Of a stretch of 64,000 nt of DNA, positions 1-15,493 are shown in pieces. Under the pieces are notes generated by a model, which saw only the letters and a program-made list of their open reading frames with translations, was not told the DNA's origin and searched no databases. Origin of the DNA: Klebsormidium nitens. Taxonomy: Eukaryota > Plantae > Klebsormidiophyceae. The DNA lies in the NCBI GenBank assembly GCA_000708835.1, contig DF237395.1:12380-76379 (forward strand), given 5' to 3'. A program made the translations under genes and the position numbers. Every line of letters begins with the position of its first letter. The stretch's first letter is position 1.

Positions 1-506
1 TCTCAGCAGGAAACGTGAGAAACCCATCACAAGACGCACATGGTCGAACGGCAAAAGTGAGTCCACGATTGATAATGCCATCCATCAGTTTCGCAGGTTG
101 GAACATTTATATCATGCCAGCTTTTGCATCTCGTGGCAGCACCTCATGCAAGCAAACGCAAGCAAACGCTGTTCAGAGGACGAGTCACTGCCCAAAATCT
201 AGATTAGACCGGATTTTTTCGGTTCACCCAATCCGTTGTCGGTAAAATTAGTTCCTCGTGCCACGTCGAGTCGCTCGTGCTGATGCTTTGAAGCTGTGGG
301 ATAAGCGACTAGAAAACTAACGAGCTAACCAGCTAAATAACTAACGACATAACGTACTCACCAACTAATCAAGTGGTTCATTGGAGGCGCTCCCTACTCA
401 GTGCAGTGTGATGCCAAACACCAGTTTGAACGGCCGCAGGGACTGACGCGACTTCCGTAGGTTCAAGCGGAATCATAACTTACAGCAACTAGGAAGGACT
501 TCTTAC

Positions 507-3363
507 CATGTAGCTCGGAAACTCCGTTCGGGACTGCACGTTCACCAGCAACCACCGCCCTTGTTCAACCGCCTGCGCCTTTGCCTGGTGAAGATGAGAA
601 CACACACTTGTAAGATTGGAACCTGGGTCTTCAAACAGACCCTTCTGACGATCCCGGCGAATGGGCTGCTGGCACTGTGGCGTATGGCTTGTAGCAATGG
701 ATGCCTGGACCTGCGCAGAGAAACTGCTTGATGCTCCGAGGACAAATTGGAGGGTTCCATTTAGTAAGCAGCCCGTAACAACTTTCCGGACTAGACACAC
801 TCAAGAAGGGAGACGATCAATGCCTTGGCTCTCTGGAAAACGTCCAAACCAAAAGAGATCAGCCAAAGGCACCATCGATGCATCAGCACTCCCGCACGAC
901 AGGCCGTTGAACATGAAACGAGGAGTCCCCGCTTTGCTGGCTCCTGATTGTCAAGGAAACGCCCCATAACCCGGAAAGTTACCCTCAAACACAGTGTGCC
1001 TCGACCTACTCGAGCCCACCCAACAATCGACTTAGCCCCTGAATGTAAACCAAGGGCTTTCGCATAAACCTTGTGTTCACCTGTGATATTCAAAACAAGG
1101 TTTCGTGAATGCTTACCTGCTCAAATGAGCCCTTGAACATGACCTCAAGTGGTGGCTCGTACAGCTTGGCCAGGCCGGTGGGGCCGGCCCCCTCCCCTAG
1201 TTGCATCTGCCCCTCCTCCCGGAAGTTGCGGAACGCGTCCACCCGAGCCGGGGGGGGCGCGCGATCGGCGTGCTGCGCCATACCCTGTCCATACATGGGC
1301 CTGCAATGTGAAGCGTGCATTGATTCATCAGTTGCCCTCCGGTTGAAATTCCCAGAAGGGAAAGCCCTGCGGTCAAAACCCATTCTGCACAATTTGACCG
1401 CAGCACTGTTCCCTGACCGTACAAGGGCCTGGGAGGGCATGGGAGAAGAACTTGTCCTTCGCTTTCGTTGGAGGACAAGGCTGGTAAGTGCATGCAGAAC
1501 AGAAAAAGGGCTTTCTCACCATCGACCAACTTCGAACGACTTCTACGCCATGAAAAGCGAACATGATTGTGATACATAAACTGTGCCCTAATGTCAAACC
1601 AGGCTTGGTTGAGTGCTTGAACAGAGTCGGATCAAAGTCGAGATGGCCGGATGGCAGAACATTGGGCTCGGCATAAACATCTTCACTTCAAGGCTCCTGC
1701 TTCATCACATCGTGTGCCACCTTGGAAAGTCCAGGCACTCTCATCACGTGGTCAAACGATTTCATTGCAGGAACTAAAGTAATGCTTTAGCTCTCTCCGA
1801 CGGCGAAGCCTCACCTTGCGTATGCATCGTCGTACAAAGCCTCCCTCCTCGTCGGCAGCGGCGCCCGCACCCCGTCCTCGTCGTACTGCTCCGTGGGTCT
1901 GAAACAAAAATAGCTTTGAATAGTGGACGGCATTTTTAATACCTTGCATCCGATGAGCGGTTGCAGCCTTTATACAAGCAATTAGAGTGACACCACACAT
2001 GTGCGACAGGCTGACCATCTTCAGTAAGATTGAAGAACATACTGAGACTGTGACTGTGCAGAGGGCGAACCAAGAAACAAGAAGATGCACTAGAATCTGT
2101 CCGCGCAGCGGGCCCCTTAAAATAGCAGTTCCAACAGGAGGTCTGGTCAACATTTGACCCTGGCCCCACAGCTAATGCTTTGCTATTTTCAGATTAACCA
2201 CTTTCTTGCTGAATTTTGCACAAACTTTCTGAGCCAGAACCTTCCTGAGCCTTGCACGAAAGAACTTGCTGTCCAACTCGCAAACTTTGCAGACTTCAAA
2301 AATGAGCCCTCTAGGAACCGCCAGAAACCTTTATAAATATGCTTCAGGGTAAGCTACTTAAAGTTGTTTTTAATGGCAGTGGCATCAGAACAGGCACAAG
2401 AAAGCAATCCAAAACGACCAATTTGTGTTAGAGGCCTCACCTACCATGCACTACGAACACTGCAGCAAAAACTCTGTAGGCTGAAACAAGACTGTAAAAC
2501 CACCAAACTTGAAAAAGCGGCCACGAGAGAATGACGTCGAAGATAGGGGGTAGTCACCTCTCCGAGGGGCCTGGTGCAGCCTGCACCGGTGCCACAGGGT
2601 TGCTTGGACGCTCACTTGCACTTGAGATGCCCCCAGCAAAGAACAGCTGGACAGCATCGTCCAGTTGCCAATTGGTCGCCTGCAACAGCAGAAAAGGTCT
2701 TCCTATGAAACCTGGCCAGAGCAATCAAGTTCTTGTGCTCTCCCGCCCACTCCCAAAAAAGATTGCCACATGCAGAGTGTGTGTGAAAGACACACTCAAG
2801 CTTCTGTTTTAGGTTTATGTTGAGTTTCAGACAGAAGCACAGCTTCATAAATTTCCCCTTCTCATGAACATTTTGATAAAGTGGTGGTAAACTTAAGCTA
2901 TCAAAACTGAGTCTGTAAATGCAGGATCTATGCCATTGTTGAGCAGCATTCTCTTGAAGCGAGACAGGGATGCCCTAGCTCCATTCAACATGCGCGCTTA
3001 CAAATGTTAGAAATGCAGCCTTCTGGATTGACGGGTCAAAAGTATTCAGCAAAGACGAAGCGAAGTTCAAGGATTTCAAAGTGCACCTTCCAAAAAGAAT
3101 CTAGCTCAATGAATGAGCTCTTGAACCACCTGCCCTCAACCTTTTGGTGATGGAAACAGAAGATCAGATAGCAATGCAACGCCCAATTTTGAAAGTAGGT
3201 GTGCTCCCCTCTGAAGCTTACTGATAAGCCGCAAAGACACAAACCAGCTTAGTGAGATGTTGTCTCTTCCGCTCACCTCTAGTATCTGCAATGCATCTTC
3301 TTCGTTGGCACTTGTCACATCGAAGAAAGTCTGCAGTGTCTGGGCTTTTTCAGCGTCGCCCAT
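507..3363 (-). CDS. PUX7: Plant UBX domain-containing protein, PUX7/UBXN7-like (UBA-like + UAS domains); 3' part not resolved and probably continues past the left window edge
   Basis: Exons with GT-AG boundaries and consistent phase: 3363-3277, 2679-2558, 1898-1815, 1300-1117, 584-507. Translation MGDAEKAQTLQTFFDVTSANEEDALQILE/ATNWQLDDAVQLFF (UBA-like)...DGVRAPLPTRREALY...AFRNF...LYEPPLEVMFKGSFEQ/AKAQAVEQGRWLLVNVQSRTEFPSYM matches recalled PUX7/UBXN7 motifs (VRAPLP, AFRNF, LYxPP..MF.GSFEQAK, WLLVN.Q...EF). The next exon was not found in 1-506. Confidence 0.88.
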
Positions 3364-4043
3364 CTTGATCGACTTCCTCAACTCACTTGGATCTTCCCTG
3401 AGGAAGGCCGACCTTGAGATGCTGCTGAAGTCACAGAGCGCTCGTCGCTTGTGCAGAATTCACAAGTCAAGCAAAGGCGAAGGGGTGGCCGCAGCCCAGA
3501 TTCCTCACTTTGCAGGCAACGACGAACGCTGTCGACAGTCGCGCCATGGTGTGATGGTGGCCATGAAGGAACTAGAGCGAGCTTCGTATACCGTCGTCAT
3601 GCTTGCTTTAAGTTCTGGCGCGCGCGCTCGATTTCCAAAAACAGCTGCTGAAAGCAACCGCCGAAGCTTGATCAACAGAAGTCGAAGTGCGTTACGCAGC
3701 TTCAAGGGGAATTGTCGGGGATTCCAATCGTAACGCTGTCGCTTTCGCCCGGCAATCAAGCATGTGGACAGGGACCGCGTGAAGTACCCCCTTACAACTG
3801 ACGATCGGACTTGTGCAGAATATTGGCCGGTATCAGCTACCGGCCAGTTTTGAATACATTATGGGGGCACAAAATGCCCGAGAGCCTACCCGGAACAAAA
3901 CCCCCGGTCGTACTTCTGTGCGCAACATTTGTACCCACGCGCTTCCCAATGTCGAAGGCTGAACAGAGAATACTCTGCGAAGGACTCGGAGTCTGGGCAA
4001 ATTTTGGTCCATGTTCAGCCTGGAGGAAATTTCTGAACCCTGA

Positions 4044-6659
<2,616 letters not shown>

Positions 6660-8416
6660 TCAATAACGTTTGAGAGAGAGGGCGGAGGGGGTAAGGATGG
6701 GCAGCCTTCTTGCAGCAGCGGGACCGGGTTATGCTCCTAGGACTCGTCCAGGCTAGGGGGCTGTCTTTGTGGTTGATGCAGATATTCTTTTGCTAGCATA
6801 CAAGTCCCTTCTTTGATAGGGTTTGAATTGTGCGATGACGAGGCTTGTACTATCGGACTTCAGGATGGAAGGTTGAACCATGTAGCATGATGTTGACCTT
6901 ATGCATTGCCCTGTGTTCTTCTGCTCCTGCATCTGGTGTTCTTTTGCAATCCCCAGGATATCTTCTTTGACTCTTGAAGCAATTGCAAATTTCCTGGCTT
7001 TTTCTGGGTCCTGAGAGTTGTCATGGGCAGAGTGTCAACAGGCCGCTATATATTCATTTTGCCAAAGCAAAGGTACCTAGTGTGTATCTCATGTACGTTG
7101 GAAGTTTGATGTGTGTACTTTTTGCTTGGACTTGGTGATGGTGCTCAGATTTATGCCAGCGCTTCTGAGAAAAATTGTGGAACACTTGTGATTCCATGTA
7201 CAGTGCCATTCTCATGCATGAGCATACTGCATTGGTGCGGCCTTGGTAGTCAGTGAATAGCGTTGTTAGCGTGTTGGGTCCCATATGTTTTGCGCCAAAA
7301 GTGACAGCTGCGTGCATGCCAAATTAATATGTATGTATTCCTTGCAACCGTCTATTCAAACGCGTTGGCGGCATTCAGGTAGCCCGGTGCCCGTCATTGC
7401 CAGCATATTCATTTGCAAGCAATAATCTATACTGAGTTGTGGCCCGCCAATCATGTGGTCATCGGTTAATGCCATGGCCTGAAAGTACCAAGTTCCAACT
7501 AATATGCCGATTTGGATCTGCAGCTATCTTGCGCGCCCCACCGCCGCATGTCAGGACTTACTAGCAGCTAGGGCATGCATGGCCACAACTTTCACATATC
7601 ACATGATTCTGGCGCGATTGGCTTTGTTTTGGAAGAGGCTGAACATGAGATTAGAATGCAGAATGATAGATATGATCAAATCGCTGTAGGTACATGTGTG
7701 CTAAATCAAAAATCAGCCAGCATTCAATACAGATTTGCAGTGATCGCCGCCAGGCTTCAACTCATGGGCATGCAGCGGCCTTGAATCGCTTCAAAATTGC
7801 CAGGCAGGCAGGCTTGTCTTACATGGACAGCTAGCCTGACGCCCGCAATGTTAGTGCCAGTGGGGGCGGCTGCACCGCAACATTTCAGTACAGTCTATAT
7901 GGTAAAGCTCAGTCAGAGGCAAGCCAATTGCGCACAACCGTCGTTGTGAATGATGAAATTGATCAATGAGTTCAAATCGAGCAATTTGCGAAGGACAAAA
8001 GTATACTACCGGCCCGTCCGCTTAGATGTGCGACTCGTTTGAATCCAAGTCTCACCTGCCAAAAGATTATCATGGGTAGCCTGCACTCAACTCTGTTTGT
8101 GCAATCAGCAATCAAGCTTGGCCTGAGAGGTTTTGGGTCGAAAGCGAACTCATAGACTGAGATCAGTCAAAGCGGTGCTCGTAAGTTCGACATTCCACAT
8201 ACTGTCCGAGCAGACCAATGGAAGTATAAATCGCTGTGATTGGCTGCCTGATTGAATATTATACAGTGCTCCACTTTGAGAAGCATTAAGCGTTCACGAG
8301 TTGGTCTATTCCCCTCGACAGTGGCTCAAGAGCCTCAACGCGATGTCGACACAATGATTTTAATACTAGCGCGATCACATGGAACACATGCTCTAGGAAA
8401 ATCGAAATGGTAGACA

Positions 8417-11400
8417 TCACAACTTGCTCTTCGCGAGATTCCCGGGAACTCTGCTCTTTGCCTCTACCGACCGAGACAAACCCTTGACGTCATCCCGGGA
8501 AAAGAATTGCGGCTTCCAAAGCCAATGCGCGCCATCCACTACCACCGTCTCCCCACTTATCCACCTGCAAGCAGTTGGGGGCAAAGGGCTTCAATCAGCA
8601 AACCAAAAGCTCTGACATCCTCTTTCACAACAGCAAGTAAAGGCGTTTTCTTGCGATCCAAGAAAGCAGACTATTTTGAAACGCACGCGTTTTGAAGGCC
8701 TTCGAGAATCGAAGAAATACCAAAACGAACCAATTTGCAGACTCCTCATCACTTTTTGCCGCCTCTTTCGTCCACTCGAAAACTGTATTGTAGCAGCCGC
8801 ATGGCATCAACCATTTAAGCCCGGACAAAAGGGGCCTGTTCGCGTGCTTTTTGTCTCTTTGCTCTTCGACAAAGAGACAAAAGATGAGCCAGAGTCCGCT
8901 GTCGTCACCTGGTCCTCTTCTCTCGAGCAGGAGCTGCGGTGCTCCGCAGTTTTTTCAACGGCGCCTTTTCAGCAGAAAGCACCGGTCGAACGTGCAATAC
9001 TGTATCAATTGTAGCGCAATCTGAAGTAGTCTACGAGAAGCATGCTAGCAAAAAAGGAGCACCAAATGGGCATCCCACAAAGACAAAAAAGTAAGTGGAC
9101 GAGAGACAAGAAAGAAGACAAAGGGCGACCAAAGCAAAGTTGGGCTAGCAGGCCGACAGTGCGGGAGCCACTAAACACGAATCTGGTGATTATGTTTGCA
9201 GACCATTTTGTGTTAGGGCGACCAAAAGCTGAGGAAAAGTTCGACGGATACACATTCCAGAATTACCGATATACCAAAGTGGAGAAGCCCATGCGCTCTC
9301 GGTTCGTTGACGTTGTAAAACGCGTCATCTCAGATCGTAAGCTTCGATTGGTGGGGATCAAAGTCGGACGTGCAGAGTTTGCGTTCACTTTCGTGCTTCG
9401 GGATGCGTGGCCTTGAAATGCATTATTTCAACCATTCTTGGCGAATCGCGAAATCTAGAGTTATTTGAGACACGTTCGTCAAGCGCACCTGCCCGCTCCA
9501 GACGCCAAATAAACCGCAGCCATCGCAATGTCCCACGTCTCCCCCACTTTCCGCAGAGGGACGAGTTCCGACACGTCGGGGAGTTCGGTACCCGGGTTCA
9601 GCTTGAACAGCCCCGTCGTGTCTGCGATGGGCCCTGCAAAGAGCGGAGTAGATTGGGTTCAAGGCAGGAATATGGTTCTTTTCAGCATAGTATAGATCCG
9701 AAAGTAACACGGAGGGAGAGGCTTTGAAATACGGCTATGGCAGAATAAGCACCCCAATCAGGCATAACCCGAATCCAGCGCAGCGGAATGTGCTTAGAAG
9801 CAGGGAATGGCAATCAACATCTCGATATCAACCCCAAAGAAACGCGGAGGGAGGGGCTTCGAATCCAGCTAATTGAGATCGATACACCTCCGTCAATTCG
9901 AAACTAGCACGGAAGCAAGTCAGGATTAGAGGTATGGTAAATAGACAACGCATCCGACCTTAAAGTAGCGAGGTAGAGGCTTTGAATACTGCCATGAAAC
10001 TTTGCACCTCAGTCAAGCGGAGAGCAGCAAGCGGAGAGTAGCACAAGGGAGGGGCTTCGACCAAAATATGGTACTCGATACAGCCTACTTAATCCGAAAA
10101 TAGCACGAGGGGCGGGGTCTGTACTACAGCAGGTTATGTTGGATAGTGCAACTTGATCAAATCGAGAGTAGCAACTAAAAGGCCACACATTCGACCAGAT
10201 AACCCAGGACGTAGCATGCTTTAGGGTTTTAGGGTTTTAGGTTTTAAACCCTATAACCCTAAAGCCCTAAAACCTTCTGACGATCAAAGGAAGCCGAGAA
10301 AGCAAGCCGAACGATCGCTGGTCGGAGTTCGATTTCTGATCCACGAAGATCCTGATCCCTGAAACGCAGAAGACTTTGACAGAAGCAGTGCATTACCTGG
10401 CGCGATCCCGTTGACTCGTATCCGGTACGGGTGTCCCCATTCAAGGGCCAAGCTCCGGGTTAAGCTGTCAATCGCTGCCTGCCCGGAACATAGAAAACAA
10501 CAACGGTTAATAAAGCCGTAACCCATCTATTCCGAGCATGTTTAGCGCATTTGGGTCTTAACCCGTGTGCAATAAACCGGTCTGAAAAAGCCTTCGCGTC
10601 GAGCAGCCCGCCGAGCTAGTTGCTGCTGATCAAACGGTGATCTTTAAAGCGGATCCTTTGATCGTTGGAGCACAGATTTGTAGTCGTCGATCGATATTGT
10701 GTGCGTTTTAGTCGATTGCCGGGTCTCTGAGGAGCGAGTTGCGCAGAACGCCGCTAGCAACGAGCATATTTGGAGCTTCGCCCTCGCAGAGACTTAGCTC
10801 AAGGTAAGCGTAATATTAGAGGAAGGCTGCGCAGACGATGTGACCGGAAAAGAAATTACAATGGGATTCTTCCCAGCAATAAGGAGAACGGTGGCTTTGA
10901 GAAGGCATGCAGTTTTCAGCCTGTGTTGGGCGCAGGAGAGAAAAAGCATCGACGGAGCTGATCAACAGAACTGAAGCAAGAGCTGAAAAAGCGATCGCGC
11001 AACGGCATTGAAAGAGGCGTGCGAAGCGAGAGACCAAAATGCTTTGAAAAGGGGAAACATCGTTTAAATTTTGCTCCAAGACTTTGCTACTAAAACCCGC
11101 ATCTTGGCGGCGGAGGCGTGCGCTTAGAACCAGGTTGCGCCGTACTGTAGCGTGACTAGGCATGCGAAGCGAGAAAGTGAACCCTAAAACCCTAAAAGTG
11201 CTTTTTTGAAAAGGGGAATCATTAGTTTCGTAGATTGCTCGATGAAGTTGCTAATGAAACCCGCACCTTGGCCGCAGAGGCATGCACTTGGTACCAGGTC
11301 GCGCCGTGCTGTAGCGTCACCTTATGAAGGAGGCGTGCGAAGCGAGAGACTACAATGCTTTCAACAGAGAATCATTGGTTTCATAGATCAATCGATAATG

Positions 11401-14400
11401 CCGAAAATGAAATCCCCACCTTGGCAGCGGAAGCGTGCGCTTGGTACCAGCTCGCGCCGTACTGCAACGTTGCGCTTATACTGATGATGAGGCCCCCTTC
11501 GCCCTCGCACTCCTCTTCGTCCTTGGCCGCTGCACAACAGCATCCAAGATCTAAGCTGTCGTTTTGCTGACGTCACCTCGAAGACTAGAACACCGGATGC
11601 GGAGTCTTTTGTTGGCGCTGATGATGAGGCCCTCTTCCCCTTCGCCCTGCTCTTCGTCCTTGGCCGCTGCACGAAACCCTCAAAAATCTATGCTGTCGTT
11701 TTGCTGACGTCATCTCAAGGATTAGAACACCGAAAGCTGGGTCTTGAGGAAGCCGGGTTTTGTTGATGCTGGTTGTAAGTCCGCCGTCGCCCTCGCCCTC
11801 CTCTTCGTCCTTGGCCGCTGCACAAAAGATCTAATAAGACTTATGCTATCGTTATTGCTGACATCATCTCAGAGAACAGAATAAGAAGTGCTGGGTCTTT
11901 AGGAGCGAGACTTTGTTGGCGCTGATGATACGTCCGCCTTCGCCCTCGCCCTTCTCTTCGTGGTTGGCCGCTGTACAAAAAAACCTCAGATTCTCTGCTG
12001 TCGATTTCCTGACGTCACCTCTAGAATAAGAACACCGGACGCTGGGTCTAAGGAAGCGGTACTTTGTCGGTGCTGATAATTGAGTCCGCCTTCGCCTTGC
12101 CCCTCTCTTCATCTAGAGGACCAAGACCGAAACTGTGCTGATGATCAAGCCGCCTTCGCCCCTCCCCTCCTCTTCGTCCTTCGCCGCAACACTAGAGCTT
12201 CCAGGATATGTGCTGACGCGTCATGGCCACCTGTCTCTTTGCTGACGTCATCTTCGAAAGGAACGGACATCAGACGATGGCATCACGAAAACCGAACTTT
12301 GGCCTTGCTGACGTCAAGCTCCTATCGTTGGCTGACTCGTAAGGACCGAGACTGTATTGGAGTTGATGATAGGCCGATAGATTTGGTGATCTTTGTTCGA
12401 TATTATGGGGGTTCCCACTTCTCGGCATCCGTATGTTAGGTTCCGCTGGAGATCGTGCAAAGCTCCTTCATGCACTTGTTTTCAAATGCAGTATATGGCC
12501 CGCCACGTCAGCACGTCATCCGAGATTTCGACCAATGAGGAATCTGCCACCGCTTCTCCATTCCTCTATAAGGGCAACTGCCGATGGCAAGACTTTACAG
12601 AAAGTCTGTCAGAACGACCACGCAGACAATCACAATGGAAACGGGAACAAATGCGTGCATTAAGCGAAAACGTTGAGGAAGGCAGTGCCTCACTCAAACC
12701 CCCCCGTCGTAACGCCTTGAATGCGGCATGGCACATGGTAAAGGTTCCCAGTGTGTCGATCTCGAGAACCGTCCGGAAGCCCTTTGGACTGAGGGACTCA
12801 ACTGCACAAGGATTGTCACGAGTCTTGCTCTGTTGGTGCGAACCCTGGCTTTTCGCAAATGTAAGACTTTTTGTTGATAAGGCCTTGGGCGCAAACAAAA
12901 TTGGCTAGGATGTTGGTTGCAAGGATTGTTTCATTGTTGGCTTGTCGAGTCGTCAGGTGTCAAGTCGGGAGATGAGATGCTTCGTTCGGTCGCTACAATT
13001 AGGAAAGTCTGACTACCCGCACGATCCTTCAAACTGCGGGTTTTGCCAAGATAGGATCAGGCTCGGCCCTCCAACGAAGTTGGTCCGACGGTTTAATGGC
13101 CTCACAGGGATGCAATGTTAGGGTCAAATGGAATCCTCGGTGTGAGGCGTTGTGAGACCTTTCGCTCCTCCTGAAAATGAATGGAGTGGTCCAGAAAGTG
13201 CAGGCGCGTCGGGCCGGATATCCGAGGAAGGAACTTCTAAACAGAGTCTCGGAACCTCTCTCTGTGAAAAGCCAACTCTCTGGAAGGAAAGTATCCCCTC
13301 TCTGATTTCCATGAGGTTAAAGTACTGTTTGAGACGCACGTGAACAGCTTCGCAACTCGTTAAGGCCTAAAAACGAAGACAACGTAATCCGATATATACA
13401 GGATTCAAGTCTTTTAATGAAAGTGCTTTGAACCTCAACAGATCTTGAAGGGTTTAAATTGCTTCTAGGAGTCTCGTCGATTCCGCCGCCTGACCCATCT
13501 TACATTCGTGCTCGCTTGAGAACCTGAGCCGTCGGATATTTGCGACATAGATCGAAGGACGGCTCGATCTCTTCAATCAGCATGGATTGAAGATGAAGGT
13601 GAAGAAAAGTGCTACCTACTCAACTTGGAATACGTTTCTTTCAGCGGCGCCATTGACTGGCCAACTTGAGGTTTAAGAGATCTCCGAAGTATCGGTACCC
13701 CACGGCGTTGGCAATCAGCAAGCAGCCTGAAAACCATTCGGAGCTCTGCGGGTGGAAGATATTTGGCCTTCTTCAATACGTACCTGGAAACAGGAAGTTT
13801 CCGGCCGCGCTGTTGACCAGTATGTCCAGTCTGCCCTTCCCGCCAAACTCTACTGCAGCATCGACCGCCCGCTGCGCATCAGCAGGGAGTCGCACGTCCC
13901 CAGGAACAGCCATGGCCTGACAAGAATTTGTTTTGGGGTTTTGGTCATGGTTTCGTGAATGTTTAGCTGAGGGTTTATTTATCAAGTCAAGTGTCAGACG
14001 TCCCCAGGAATAGAAGTGGCCTGTCGAAGCTTTGGTCTGAGTTTCTGGGGTGATTCGTTCAAAGGTTTCGTAAAAGTTGAGCTGAAGGTTTATTGACAAC
14101 CCAGTTAACTATCAGACGTCCTCAAGAACAGCCTTTGCCTCACAAGGATTTGTTCGGAGTTTTGGTCAAGGGTTCCGTTGGCTCAGTTGACAGTTGAGTT
14201 GACGGCCCCCTGGCTGACATCTAGCAGAGTGCAAGCGGCGAACGACCATCACCCAATGACATCTACTTCTAATTTGCTTACTAATGATCGAGATCTTGTG
14301 CCAGAAGATAATAGTTTCCTTAGAATACACACCGGTATTAGGCAAGCTCGCTACCGACCACTTCCAGTCCTACCCCCCCACCTGGCACCCCCCTGCAAAC

Positions 14401-15493
14401 ACACTATTCAAAGCAGTAAATTTAGAGCCTATATGTTGAGAGTAGAACGTGAGATGGATGATCTAATCTTGCTTGCAGAACTCACTTCAACGCCTTGGCT
14501 TCTCAGTCTGTTTGCCGCCTCCTGCGCCACCGCTTCTCTCCGCCCCATGATCACCACCTTGGCGCCATGCAGCCCCAGCTGCCGGGTTATCTCAAACCCG
14601 ATTCCTGACCCACCGCCTGCAGTAGCCCCGATAGAAGAGGTGCTTCGAAGATTGTTGGTCATTGTTTGTCAAAGCCACATTATAAGTGGTGAAGGCCTGT
14701 TCTGGGGATTGACTGGCTGTGATCTATTCAATCCAGCTGAAGTACAAGGCTGTCAAGTGGTCAAGAACCTGTACAGTCAAGGTGCGGCAGCTGCTCGAAG
14801 AGGAATTGTTGTTGAACATTCCTGACTGATTGCAGGCTTAAATGGTATAGAGCTCAGAATCTGTGAAGTACGTAGATAAAACTGACATGGACCTGCGATT
14901 CACCCCTTCCAAGTTACCCCTGCTCTTGATCAGACGCCACAGACTTGGGAGTGGCGGACTGACCATACTTCTGTCCTGGTCATCTATAAGACAGTCATGA
15001 GATTGAACCTCTTCAGACTCTTGATAAACAGGGGAACAGGCCCCAGTCAGCCGGACTTCAAGAAGTCTGTGTTCCATGTGCCTTGCGCTGCTAATCAGAG
15101 AGTAGGGCCCCTCCAAAACTGAAGGCTCATACATACAATGCCCAGTGAAACCTCGTTGGCATTTTGTATCACTCCGTGTGAAAGATTGATTGCAGATACT
15201 CATCTAGAAGATGCACTGCTGCACAAGAGGAATGTTAGCAAAGTTGTGTTACGTTGCACCACCCAATCAAGCCCCAAAATGAAGCCGACCCCAAAATCCC
15301 ACAGGCCTGGCATTTTCTTCAACTTACGTCGGTCGCACCGACGCTGACTTGACAGCTATTGAGGCTTTGAAGAATCGTTGAAGGATCTAAAGCCAGATTC
15401 AATCAAGCACCAACCTGTAATGAGCGCCACCTTTCCAGCCAGAATGCTGTCTCTGAAAGGAGACGGCGGAAAACCACCTGCGTGATCCCCCAT
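8417..15493 (-). CDS. DECR2: Peroxisomal 2,4-dienoyl-CoA reductase (SDR family), about 309 aa, PTS1 -SKL
   Basis: Exons 15493-15415, 14616-14486, 13916-13784, 12801-12700 (or -12694, same phase), 11529-11420, 10478-10397, 9633-9489, 8564-8417. Motifs: SPFRDSILAGKVALITGGGSGIGFEI, LDILVNSAAGNF, SLSPKGFRTVLEIDTLGTF, IISISATLQYGASWYQAHASAAKAAIDSLTRSLALEWG, IRVNGIAPGPI, VVVDGAHWL, and C-terminal AKSKL*. Confidence 0.95.
10220..10274. repeat. Interstitial telomere-like repeats in inverted (G-strand then C-strand) arrangement
   Basis: TTTAGGG TTTTAGGG TTTTAGG TTTT | AAACCC TATAACCC TAAAGCCC TAAAACC, inside DECR2 intron 6. Confidence 0.8.
11098..12190 (-). repeat. Tandem partial duplications around DECR2 exon 5 (5 acceptor-side copies, 2 donor-side copies)
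   Basis: Plus-strand CTCTTCGTCCTTGGCCGCTG(C/T)AC recurs at about 11530 (real), 11669, 11820 and 11973, and in degenerate form at about 12110 and 12185. The exon 3' half recurs at 11267-11320 and 11103-11155. Confidence 0.9.
13995..14180 (-). repeat. Two diverged copies of the DECR2 exon 3 acceptor + first about 25 exonic nt
   Basis: Real plus-strand ACGTCCCCAGGAACAGCCATGGCCTGAC vs ACGTCCCCAGGAATAGAAGTGGCCTGTC (about 13998-14025) and ACGTCCTCAAGAACAGCCTTTGCCTCAC (about 14116-14143), with shared downstream GGTTT...GCTGA.GGTTTATT. Confidence 0.8.

Noticed and set aside
241-300. Possible next PUX7 exon (STWHEE-like) on the minus strand
   Set aside because: It does not match the expected LNRDTW continuation and has no convincing splice sites.
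8676-9416. Two consecutive plus-strand ORFs (112 and 124 aa, Lys/Arg-rich) suggesting a nested gene
   Set aside because: They lie antisense in DECR2 intron 7. The Lys-richness reflects U-rich intron sequence on the other strand, and no domain is recognisable.
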